Below, in pieces: positions 8,057-15,849 of a DNA stretch of 15,851 nucleotides. The DNA is from Opitutales bacterium (GTDB taxonomy: Bacteria > Verrucomicrobiota > Verrucomicrobiia > Opitutales > JABSRG01). The notes beneath the pieces were generated by a model. The model saw nothing but the letters and a program-made list of their open reading frames with translations. It did no database searches and was not told where the DNA came from. The stretch covers positions 1 through 15,851 of the forward strand of contig JBMYOQ010000085.1 of assembly GCA_049599475.1 (NCBI GenBank). Direction: 5' to 3'. The translations under genes and the position numbers were made by a program. How positions within the stretch are numbered: the first letter of the stretch is position 1; each line of letters starts with the position of its first letter.

Positions 8057-9175
8057 CTATCTCGAGAGACCGCTGAGTTTTTCGAGTAGAAGGGCTTCTA
8101 ATTTGTCGCGGTCGATTGTGCGTATTACGGTCGCCTTCTGCTCGCCGAGACCCGGTTGGTAATGTTCGTTCCATGACAGCGTGTCGCCATAGCTCGGTCC
8201 AAAGGTCGTATTGTAATCTACATACAAATCTTCTTGGTCGGTGACGATGCTTGGATCCAGCCAGACGGCGGAAGCTATTTCGTCCCACATCGGAAATCCG
8301 GGCTCCCAGGATGCGAGGACTTTTCCCATCTCGCCGCCGGCGGCTTCGGCGCATTGGGCGAGGAGCTCGGGGGTGAGCTGAGTGCCGGTTGAAGGGTCTA
8401 CCGGGATGATCGTGATCTTCGGCCACGGGCTACGCGATGCGATGCTGGCGGATTCTGGATCGAGGCGTATGTTGAATTCGCGGCGAGGGGAGTTGGCGAA
8501 TTCGCGGGCAAAGTCGGCCGCTACGGGATTATCCAAAACCTGCCGCGGGTTGAAGCTGGCGCCCATATAAACGAGTTCTTTTGCGAGGCTTGCGAATTCA
8601 GGGTCGAGGCGCTGTGCGAGCGCCAGATTGGTGAGAGGCCCGCCACAGATGAAACTGATTTCGCCTGGATATTTGCGGACCATTTCAATCATGAAATTTG
8701 CGGCGATGCGTGGATCAGCTTGTATGCTTGGATTGCCCCACGGCACTTCGATTGCATCCTCGGGCGTATAGTATTCTGGAAGACTCTGAATCGTGGGCTC
8801 TACCCATTCTTTCATCCAGACACCTTTCCAGGTGAGCCGCCCATACAGTTTTTCCCAGAGCTCAGTCTGTTTCTCAGTATTGAGCAGGGGATACATCGCC
8901 CCTTTGACTACTGGAATGTCTTTCTGGTCGATCAGCTCAAGGCTGCGCAGCGCAAAGGGAGCGATGCGGTGTGCCCAGGTGTTCCCGGTGACCGTTGCGA
9001 CGCCGAGCACCTCGACCTCCTCCGCTCCCAGAAGCATCAGATGCATCATGCTGAAGCCGTCATCATCGATGATGACCTTGCGCTTCTCGCTATGTGCGGA
9101 GCCTAGCAAAAGGCACGCAATTACGAAAATTCCCCAAAATCTGTGTTTGAAATAGATGCTCTTGAGTCGATCCAT
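8057..9175 (-). CDS. Secreted nucleoside hydrolase (IU-NH superfamily) with a divergent N-terminal Asp motif
   Basis: RKVIIDDDG, LGVATVTGN, IPVVKGA, GGPLTNLALA, ELVYMG, EFNIRLDPE and MWDEIA...DP are nucleoside hydrolase hallmarks. It has an N-terminal signal peptide and a GGAGG RBS just upstream of the ATG. Confidence 0.9.
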   Translation of the reverse strand: MDRLKSIYFKHRFWGIFVIACLLLGSAHSEKRKVIIDDDGFSMMHLMLLGAEEVEVLGVATVTGNTWAHRIAPFALRSLELIDQKDIPVVKGAMYPLLNTEKQTELWEKLYGRLTWKGVWMKEWVEPTIQSLPEYYTPEDAIEVPWGNPSIQADPRIAANFMIEMVRKYPGEISFICGGPLTNLALAQRLDPEFASLAKELVYMGASFNPRQVLDNPVAADFAREFANSPRREFNIRLDPESASIASRSPWPKITIIPVDPSTGTQLTPELLAQCAEAAGGEMGKVLASWEPGFPMWDEIASAVWLDPSIVTDQEDLYVDYNTTFGPSYGDTLSWNEHYQPGLGEQKATVIRTIDRDKLEALLLEKLSGLSR

Positions 9176-9454
9176 GAACCTCCAGGAGCAGAGCCGATGC
9201 CATCGACAGACGCACCCCGAGCGGTATCGAAAGATTGGTCTCTTAGATAAAGCGGCGACCGATCTAAATGCTGCGGCGGCATTGCCTTTAACAAATCTGA
9301 GCGAAGTCAGTCTATTGACGCATCAAGTGCGCACCGACATCGACGCGACCTATGAACGCTTCGCCGCTCTATTTCGTGAAAACGCACAGCAAGGAAGCTC
9401 GGGGGCCTAGAGTGGGTTAATATTAGCCTTTCTCGAAATTAATTTCGTAAACGA

Positions 9455-9547
9455 AAGGTAGGGCTGCATCTCCGAGGCAGCCGCAGTATTTAAGCCAATT
9501 TCCGAGCTGCAGAGGCGGCTGCATGAGGACTGTAAAGGCCCTACCTT
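9455..9547. repeat. REPIN/MITE-like element, copy 1 (two inverted GTAG-type REP arms)
   Basis: Perfect 10-bp terminal inverted repeat AAGGTAGGGC (9455-9464) / GCCCTACCTT (9538-9547). Internal hairpin GGCTGCATC-TCC-GAGGCAGCC. A second diverged copy lies at 15532-15625. Confidence 0.8.
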
Positions 9548-9738
9548 CGAGTGATGATTTTAATCCTAACTTATCCTAAAGGTAGCGCCGTTGGAAGACA
9601 GCGTCCGCCCCGGAAACTCACGATTATAATTTCAGCTCAATGCGAACGGAATTTTGAGAAACCATAAAATTCAACTGGTTGATAGCTCCGCCTTTGTCGT
9701 CGCAAAGGAGTTGATGCCGCATCGGCGTGCACTAAAAT

Positions 9739-10182
9739 CTAGTCGTGATGGTATTTGGAGCCTGTATTGATCGATACAGCACGATACAATTGTTCGCAGA
9801 TAAGCATGCGGGCGATCTCATGCGTGAATGTCATTGGAGATAGTGAAAATAGCTCATCCGCTCGCTCCTTCACCGCAGGGCTCAAGCCATAGGCGCCGCC
9901 AATGATGAACACCGCGGGTTGCCCCTGCAAAGCCTGAAGCTGGCCCGCAAAGGCCCGTGAACTCCGCACTGTGCCCTCTTCAGCCATCGCATAGACACGT
10001 GCGCCCTGCCGCTTCACCAGGGTATCCAAAATACGCTGCCCCTCACTCGCGACATCGCCATCCTTCAGCTCAATCAATTCAAAATTGCCCTGACGCTTCA
10101 GGCGCTTGTAGAAATCGTCACACAGCGCACTCAGTGAGCGATTTTTCATTTTGCCAATAGCTATGAGCGTGTAGCGATACAT
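9739..10182 (-). CDS. rlmH: 23S rRNA (pseudouridine-1915-N3)-methyltransferase RlmH
   Basis: LIAIGKMK, FIIGGAYGL, SLSPMTFTHEIARMLICEQLYRA and the terminal GSKYHHD are diagnostic SPOUT RlmH motifs. The ATG at 10182 is preceded by GAGGGG; the ORF track starts at TTG 10212. Confidence 0.96.
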   Translation of the reverse strand: MYRYTLIAIGKMKNRSLSALCDDFYKRLKRQGNFELIELKDGDVASEGQRILDTLVKRQGARVYAMAEEGTVRSSRAFAGQLQALQGQPAVFIIGGAYGLSPAVKERADELFSLSPMTFTHEIARMLICEQLYRAVSINTGSKYHHD

Positions 10183-10278
10183 GCCCCTCAGTATCGAGGA
10201 GCATTTGCCCAAGGTCGAACACCGAATCGCGGTGTTTTATGAGTCTAAGATACACACCTATATATCAGGGGTGCTCGC

Positions 10279-11664
10279 TTAAAAGGGGCGGGGCATGTTG
10301 GCTTCGGTATGCTCGAGCCATTTGTCTAAACTCGCCTTGAGGGACTGGACGCGCTCTGGGTGTTGCGATGCGAGATTTGTTTTCTCTCCGATGTCGACCT
10401 TGAGGTTATAGAGCTCCATATGGTCTCCAGCATGGTTCCAGATGAGCTTCCAATCTCCTTCGATAATCGAGGAAGCCCCTTTAAAGACTTTACCACCTCT
10501 GTGGTGAGGGAAATGTTGATACAGTGGGCGTGCTTTGAGGGATCCGGCTTGGACGATCTCACTAAAATATGAACGTCCGTCGAGTCGCTTTGTTTCGCTC
10601 GGTATATTGGCTCCGGCAGCCTCGAGTAAGGTGGGGAAAAAGTCCGCGGCCGCCACTGGTAAATCTGAGCGCGTGCCTGCTTGCACCTTTCCTGGCCATC
10701 GGTATACCAATGGGACGCGGACGCCGCCTTCGTACACGCTGCCCTTTTTGCCCCGCAGAGGAGCGCGCACTTTCAATCCCCCGTTATCCGAAGTGAATAC
10801 TACGAGGGTATCATCGCTGAGTCCGAGTCCTTCAATTGCCGCAAGAACACGGCCTACCGCATCGTCCATAGCAATCAGCATCCGATCCGCTTTCTTTGTC
10901 GCGCGGCCTTCTAAACCGGGCTTCGGTTTATGCGGAGTATGGACGGTGTAAAAGCTCAAATAAGCAAAGAAGGGCGCTTCCGATTGATCCGAAATGAAGG
11001 CGATCGTTTCGTCCGCTAGCCGGTCTGTAAGGTATTCCCCGTCTGGACCGTCTGCTATTTCTCCATTGGCGTATGGAGAAAAATACGGGACCTTTCCACC
11101 CGGTTGGCCATAGGCGTTGCCAGCGATATTTACATCGAATCCTTGATGCTGCGGGTGCCAATCCGGGTTGACCATGCCATCCTCCGTAAGTTGAGACCCT
11201 GCGCCCGCTAAATGCCATTTACCGAAAAATCCTGTTTTATATCCTGCCGCTTTTAGGGCTTCCGCGATGGTCACTTCATCCAGGTGTAAATGGTCGGTGA
11301 TTTCCGCATCAAACAGTTTGCTCGAATTCTTCTTCAGCGCTTTCCTTCTCAGGGCGTAGTAGCGCTCAAAGCCCACACCCGGGATATGCGAAGTGAGCTT
11401 CAATGAAGCCGGACTACGGCCCGTCATAATTTCTGCTCGCGATGGCGAGCAGACGGGAGAGGCATAGGCTGCGCTGAATACGACCCCTTCAGATGCCAAT
11501 CGATCAACATGAGGGGTCAGCCCGACATTGGAGTTCTGATAGCCGACATCTGCCCATCCCAAGTCGTCGACTAAGATAAACAGAATATTGGGCTGCTCTG
11601 CTCCGGAAAGCAGGTGTGCGCTGAGCACGATAAGGCTACTATGGAGAAAACGCGTGAACTTCAT
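10279..11664 (-). CDS. Secreted formylglycine-dependent (S1) sulfatase
   Basis: Signal peptide; PNILFILVDDLG, CSPSRAEIMTG (CxPxR), GKWHL, VHTP, FTSDNGG, PLRGKKGSVYEGGVRVP. Confidence 0.95.
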   Translation of the reverse strand: MKFTRFLHSSLIVLSAHLLSGAEQPNILFILVDDLGWADVGYQNSNVGLTPHVDRLASEGVVFSAAYASPVCSPSRAEIMTGRSPASLKLTSHIPGVGFERYYALRRKALKKNSSKLFDAEITDHLHLDEVTIAEALKAAGYKTGFFGKWHLAGAGSQLTEDGMVNPDWHPQHQGFDVNIAGNAYGQPGGKVPYFSPYANGEIADGPDGEYLTDRLADETIAFISDQSEAPFFAYLSFYTVHTPHKPKPGLEGRATKKADRMLIAMDDAVGRVLAAIEGLGLSDDTLVVFTSDNGGLKVRAPLRGKKGSVYEGGVRVPLVYRWPGKVQAGTRSDLPVAAADFFPTLLEAAGANIPSETKRLDGRSYFSEIVQAGSLKARPLYQHFPHHRGGKVFKGASSIIEGDWKLIWNHAGDHMELYNLKVDIGEKTNLASQHPERVQSLKASLDKWLEHTEANMPRPF

Positions 11665-11679
11665 GTTTAAATGCTTGTC

Positions 11680-13797
11680 CTAGATTTCCCGGTACTTCAT
11701 GAATGCGAAGCCTGGAGATTCTTGTATCTCGAAACTAATCTCGGAATTCTGACCAAGAGTCACCTTGCGAGTCTCACCGGTCAAGATGTCAGTAAGCTCA
11801 AGCTGTGTTCCCGGTTTTAGCAAATGGAGGGAAAGGTTCGCTTTTGTCTCTTTATTGTGAAGTTCGCGGAACACGGAAATATAACCAGTGCCCTTGCCTA
11901 GATTATGATTTTGAAATCCGGACCAATTCGCGTTGTTTGGGCGGTCTCCAATAGGAAAGACGTATCCGTCATACATCTCGGAGCGCTCTTCCTTATACTT
12001 CGCAATTATGGGCCGTAATTCGTCCCGTGCCGACTCAGAGAAATACTGGGTCTCGGCGAAGAATATAGGGCTACTCATTAGCGTTATCGCAAAATTGTAG
12101 GCGTGGGAATGTTGGTCGGCATCTGTCCATTGTGCCGCTGTTTCAGAAATGATATCCTTATTGTTTATGGTGATCTGAAATTTATTGAGGTTTACATACT
12201 TCGCGAGCTCCCAGGCATCTCGGAGTTGGCGCCATGGGATATAGGTGACAGCTTCTCGGACGGTATAGGTCTTGCGATTGGCGAGATATATATTACCGCA
12301 TTCACGACCAAAGTAGAAACCCATGCGGGGTTGATTTTCCGTAACATCCCAATTCACGCCCGCGGTGTGCCCAGTGTATTTTACAAGATCCCGGCCTTTG
12401 TAATACAAAACGTCTAGACGGTCCTTACTTTCTAAACGAGCAAAATCCAATTTGAATGCCTTAAAGTTTCCTTCGTCATAGCGTCCCTTGAGGTCTTCCA
12501 AGGGCGTTGTATTTGCGAACCAGAGCCCTAGCTTTATGCCATGTTCCTTGGCGGCTTGTTTCACATTCACAAAGCCCTCTGGATACACAGTGTATTTCTC
12601 GGGAAGCGCGGTCCCATCGTGAAGGAGGGGGTTCTCAGTTTTAAATGGGCGCCAAGGACCGGTCTTAGCGGGACGCCAGTCTTTTCTGCTTACTTGCCAG
12701 CCTTCATCGATCTGTACGATATCGATCCCAAGGTCGGCCGCTGAAGGGATTTCACGCAGCACATTTCCCTCGCGAGCCTTGTAGAACGCCTGGTCCTGAG
12801 TGTCTTCTGTCCCCCATGTATTGGCCATGATATACATATCGCGCGCCTTCACGATGGGAAACCGTTTGCGGTCAAATTGTTTCAAGGCAAGCTGTGCGTC
12901 TGTATTGTTTCCTGAGTAAGCGACCATCCAATTCGCCCAGCAAAACCGGTATTCATCTTTAAGGTCCTTCGGTGTCAACCCGAGGCCGTCTGTGATAAAG
13001 GTGTTTCCCTTGCGCGTGAAAGAGCCGACTGCTACAGGTTTTTTGATCAGGGTGTGATTGTGTGATTCTTTAATTAAAACGAGACCGTTGTTTCCATTAT
13101 CAAGAATTAAACCAGACGCTTTTCCCCAGCTGCCCCCATCGCTTAGCTCATAGGTTTCCAGAATATTGTATTCAGGTTCTGGTTTATAGTTTTTCAGGCC
13201 AGCGGCATAACCGAACGCGGTTGCCGAGATATTGGAGCCCTCTAGGCTGAGCATGTCGGAAATACCTGGCCCGAGTTTTTTAGGCGTTTTACCCGCTCCG
13301 GTTTTGAGCCAAATCTGGGTTCTTAAACCTGGAGCACCTGGGTAGGCCCAAATCACATATTTGAGCTTTAGAGATTTGTATTCAATCTCTGCTTCTACGG
13401 CCAGATGTTCACTGGTAAATTGCTCATCATCATCATCCGTCGCGCTCAGGCTTAATAGAGTGCCTTTGCCGAGCTTTCCTAGAGCCCAATCTGCCTTAGC
13501 ATCGGTAGATGCCAGCGAATAGTCGTGGCTTCCCCTCTTTATTGATGTCGTCAAAAAGCCCTGTCCTGTCCATTGCCATGTGCGCTGTACCAAGCCTGTT
13601 GATACTGTAATCGCATCACCATTCGTGCTTACGGATGCGTCACCTAATTGTTTGTTTAGACTGGGTAGTGAACTAGCGCCCAAGCTAAGGGAAACCGCAC
13701 AGAAAGCGGCCCAGGTCAGCAGTAGGCTTCTGCAAAATGTTGAATGGGGGGCACGGAGGATTGATATTGTCATGATTGGAATAACAGCCCTGTTCAT
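11680..13797 (-). CDS. Secreted clan GH-D (GH36/GH27 alpha-galactosidase-like) glycoside hydrolase
   Basis: ANTWG, LGIDIVQIDEGWQ, YPEGF, GIKLGLWF and FKLDF (nucleophile Asp position) fit the GH-D TIM barrel, followed by a C-terminal beta-sandwich. Signal peptide present. The start may be the ATG at 13773. Confidence 0.75.
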   Translation of the reverse strand: MNRAVIPIMTISILRAPHSTFCRSLLLTWAAFCAVSLSLGASSLPSLNKQLGDASVSTNGDAITVSTGLVQRTWQWTGQGFLTTSIKRGSHDYSLASTDAKADWALGKLGKGTLLSLSATDDDDEQFTSEHLAVEAEIEYKSLKLKYVIWAYPGAPGLRTQIWLKTGAGKTPKKLGPGISDMLSLEGSNISATAFGYAAGLKNYKPEPEYNILETYELSDGGSWGKASGLILDNGNNGLVLIKESHNHTLIKKPVAVGSFTRKGNTFITDGLGLTPKDLKDEYRFCWANWMVAYSGNNTDAQLALKQFDRKRFPIVKARDMYIMANTWGTEDTQDQAFYKAREGNVLREIPSAADLGIDIVQIDEGWQVSRKDWRPAKTGPWRPFKTENPLLHDGTALPEKYTVYPEGFVNVKQAAKEHGIKLGLWFANTTPLEDLKGRYDEGNFKAFKLDFARLESKDRLDVLYYKGRDLVKYTGHTAGVNWDVTENQPRMGFYFGRECGNIYLANRKTYTVREAVTYIPWRQLRDAWELAKYVNLNKFQITINNKDIISETAAQWTDADQHSHAYNFAITLMSSPIFFAETQYFSESARDELRPIIAKYKEERSEMYDGYVFPIGDRPNNANWSGFQNHNLGKGTGYISVFRELHNKETKANLSLHLLKPGTQLELTDILTGETRKVTLGQNSEISFEIQESPGFAFMKYREI

Positions 13798-14005
13798 CGA
13801 TTCTTAACAGTTGTCGTCATTTTTAATTAGAAACTTATTTTTAAGCCCAATCGCTGAAATTGATTCATGATATTCTGCTTATTATTTTTCTACGCGACTT
13901 CGTAGTGCATGTAACCTTTGATAATTCCTATGTTTTATTGTAAGGAAGGAAGTATCCCTATCGGAACAAAGAATTGCCGATAAATTGCATTATTAACTAT
14001 TGAAA
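13798..14005. promoter_or_regulatory. AT-rich divergent promoter region with candidate operator inverted repeats
   Basis: Visibly AT-rich spacer between divergent genes. Inverted repeats CTACG-N6-CGTAG (13890-13905) and TATCGG-N12-CCGATA (13959-13982). Confidence 0.45.
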
Positions 14006-15430
14006 ATGTATAGCTTACATCACCCGCTCTCTTACATCCTTTTGATGATCCTTTCGCTCGCCAGTGCCGCACCGGTCCTCGACGCGGCGCCTCGCCCCAA
14101 TATTATCTACATATTGGCCGATGATTTAGGCTACGGAGATTTGGGCTGTTATGGACAAGAGGTCATCCAGACGCCGCACCTGGATAAACTGGCATCGGAA
14201 GGTATGCGCTTTACTCAGCATTACACGGGTAGCACTGTATGTGGGCCTTCGCGAAGCTCTCTCCTTGAGGGCAAACACACGGGGAATACTTACGTCCGAG
14301 GAAATGGAATGATCCAGATGCGTGAGAATCCGCATGAGCTCATTTTTCCCTATGCACTCAAGCAGGCGGGTTACCATACGGCAATGATCGGAAAATCTGG
14401 AATCGGTTGTAATACCGATGATGCACATCGTCCCTACGAAAAGGGCTTCGATTATTTCTTTGGATTTACCAGCCACAAAAAGGCGCACTCGTATTTCCCT
14501 CCCTATTTATGGCGCAATGATCACGGAGAGGTCGCTCAAATAGAATACCCGAATAATGACGGCCATGAGGGTCCAGACTACAGTAGCGAAAAAATCATCG
14601 AAGAAGCGCTCGGTTATATCGAAAAACAAAAAGACGGTCCCTTCTTCCTCCACCTAGCTTTTCAGCTCCCTCATGCAAGTTTGCGTGCCCCTGAGGAATG
14701 GAAGGCTAAATACCGCCCCATCCTTAAAGAAAAACCTCTACCCGAGAAACCACACAAGGGGTATTCGCATGAACGTGAGCCGAAGACCACATTTGCCGCG
14801 ATGGTATCCTACATGGATCACAATGTGGGGCGAGTGATCGGGAAGCTTAAGGAATTGGGCATCGCAGAAAATACTCTAGTCATGTTCGCGAGTGACAACG
14901 GTGCGATGAACGAAGGTGGCCATAAACGGGCTTCCTTTAATTCGAGTGGAATCCTTCGCGGCGGTAAGCGAGATCTGTATGAGGGAGGAGTCCGTACACC
15001 CATGATTGCATGGTGGCCCGGTAAGGTGAAACCCAATACGGAGACAGATCACGTTTCCGCATTCTGGGATATCTCCCCGACCTTGCGAGAACTCGCCGGT
15101 GCTGAAGCTCAGGAGGACACCGACGGCATCTCTTTCGTGCCCCTACTCTTAGGAACAGGTGCACAGCCCAAACACGATTACCTCTATTGGGCATTCTATG
15201 AGCGCGGAGGCAAACGAGCCATTCGCCACGGTGATTGGAAGCTGATCCTCTTTGATACAAATAAAAAGAAGAACCCGAAGGCTGAGCTCTTCAATCTAAG
15301 TGAAGACCCTTCTGAGAAAAACGATATCCTAGCTCAGAACCCTGAGAAGGCAAAAGCCCTCAGGGCCCTGATGGAGCAAGCGCACACGCCCGCCGAAAAT
15401 CCTAAATTTGTATTGGCCACGGAACGCTAA
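14006..15430 (+). CDS. Secreted formylglycine-dependent (S1) arylsulfatase-family sulfatase
   Basis: Signal peptide; PNIIYILADDLGYGDLG, VCGPSRSSLLEG, LPHA, FASDNG, LRGGKRDLYEGGVRTP. ATG at 14006; the ORF track starts at TTG 14000. Confidence 0.95.
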   Translation: MYSLHHPLSYILLMILSLASAAPVLDAAPRPNIIYILADDLGYGDLGCYGQEVIQTPHLDKLASEGMRFTQHYTGSTVCGPSRSSLLEGKHTGNTYVRGNGMIQMRENPHELIFPYALKQAGYHTAMIGKSGIGCNTDDAHRPYEKGFDYFFGFTSHKKAHSYFPPYLWRNDHGEVAQIEYPNNDGHEGPDYSSEKIIEEALGYIEKQKDGPFFLHLAFQLPHASLRAPEEWKAKYRPILKEKPLPEKPHKGYSHEREPKTTFAAMVSYMDHNVGRVIGKLKELGIAENTLVMFASDNGAMNEGGHKRASFNSSGILRGGKRDLYEGGVRTPMIAWWPGKVKPNTETDHVSAFWDISPTLRELAGAEAQEDTDGISFVPLLLGTGAQPKHDYLYWAFYERGGKRAIRHGDWKLILFDTNKKKNPKAELFNLSEDPSEKNDILAQNPEKAKALRALMEQAHTPAENPKFVLATER

Positions 15431-15459
15431 GGTTGCCTGTTTGAGGAAGAGAAGATAGG

Positions 15460-15484
15460 GTGGGGTCCGCTCTCCGAGCGGGCT
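15460..15484 (+). repeat. Single REP-like hairpin (GTGG variant)
   Basis: GTGG + GGTCCGCTC-TCC-GAGCGGGCT, a 9-bp stem with two G-T pairs. Same geometry as the other REP arms in the window. Confidence 0.6.
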
Positions 15485-15531
15485 TAGAGGGCGATTTTCT
15501 AGTTATTGAAATTTTTGGTGGTTAGCCGCCG

Positions 15532-15625
15532 AAGGTAGGGCCACATCTCCGAGGCAGCCGCAGCGATTAAGCCAATTTCTAAGCAACTGAGGCGCTGCGT
15601 GAGGACACGTGAAGGGCGCTACCTT
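15532..15625. repeat. REPIN/MITE-like element, copy 2
   Basis: Starts AAGGTAGGGC and ends GCGCTACCTT (one mismatch in the terminal inverted repeat). Shares CATCTCCGAGGCAGCCGCAG, TTAAGCCAATTTC and TGAGGAC blocks with 9455-9547. Confidence 0.8.
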
Positions 15626-15824
15626 TTGATGGAAGTTGAAGGTAAGCGATTGGCGAAAACTTTCCAAAGGTGGCGACGTTTGTGACCATGCATTGCTATC
15701 AAAATCCAAGACTTTACATACACGTATGTGGTAGTCTCAGGATGCTTTGTCGTCCCTTTTAGACGGTTACTCAAAAGTGTATTCGTTTCTTCTGGTAAAC
15801 CCACACTTTCGAGGTACAGGAGTG

Positions 15825-15849
15825 GTAGGGCGAACCGTCCCGGTGAGCC
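15825..15849 (+). repeat. REP-like hairpin, probably the left arm of an element cut by the window edge
   Basis: GTAG + GGCGAACCG-TCC-CGGTGAGCC, a stem with an internal GA/GA mismatch. Confidence 0.7.

Noticed and set aside
7776..8426. 216-aa Arg-rich minus-strand ORF, and the other short overlapping ORFs in the track
   Set aside because: These are alternate-frame or antisense shadows of well-supported genes, with biased composition and no motifs.
9176..9240. TPP riboswitch upstream of the nucleoside hydrolase (minus strand contains CTCGGGGTGC)
   Set aside because: The required CTGAGA, ACCTGA and downstream GGGAA elements are absent, and there is too little room before the ATG.
9408..9454. 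Extension of the REPIN homology upstream (TAGAG lies 47 bp before both copies)
   Set aside because: The intervening sequence aligns poorly, so this cannot be distinguished from chance without more copies.
9739..9765. SCCmec-like integrated element at the rlmH 3' end
   Set aside because: No recombinase gene is present and I saw no direct-repeat copy of the rlmH 3' end in the window.
15619..15804. 61-aa ORF between REPs as a RAYT transposase remnant
   Set aside because: There is no convincing HUH or catalytic Tyr motif (HGH and RHLWK are only suggestive), the start is weak, and it overlaps the repeat.
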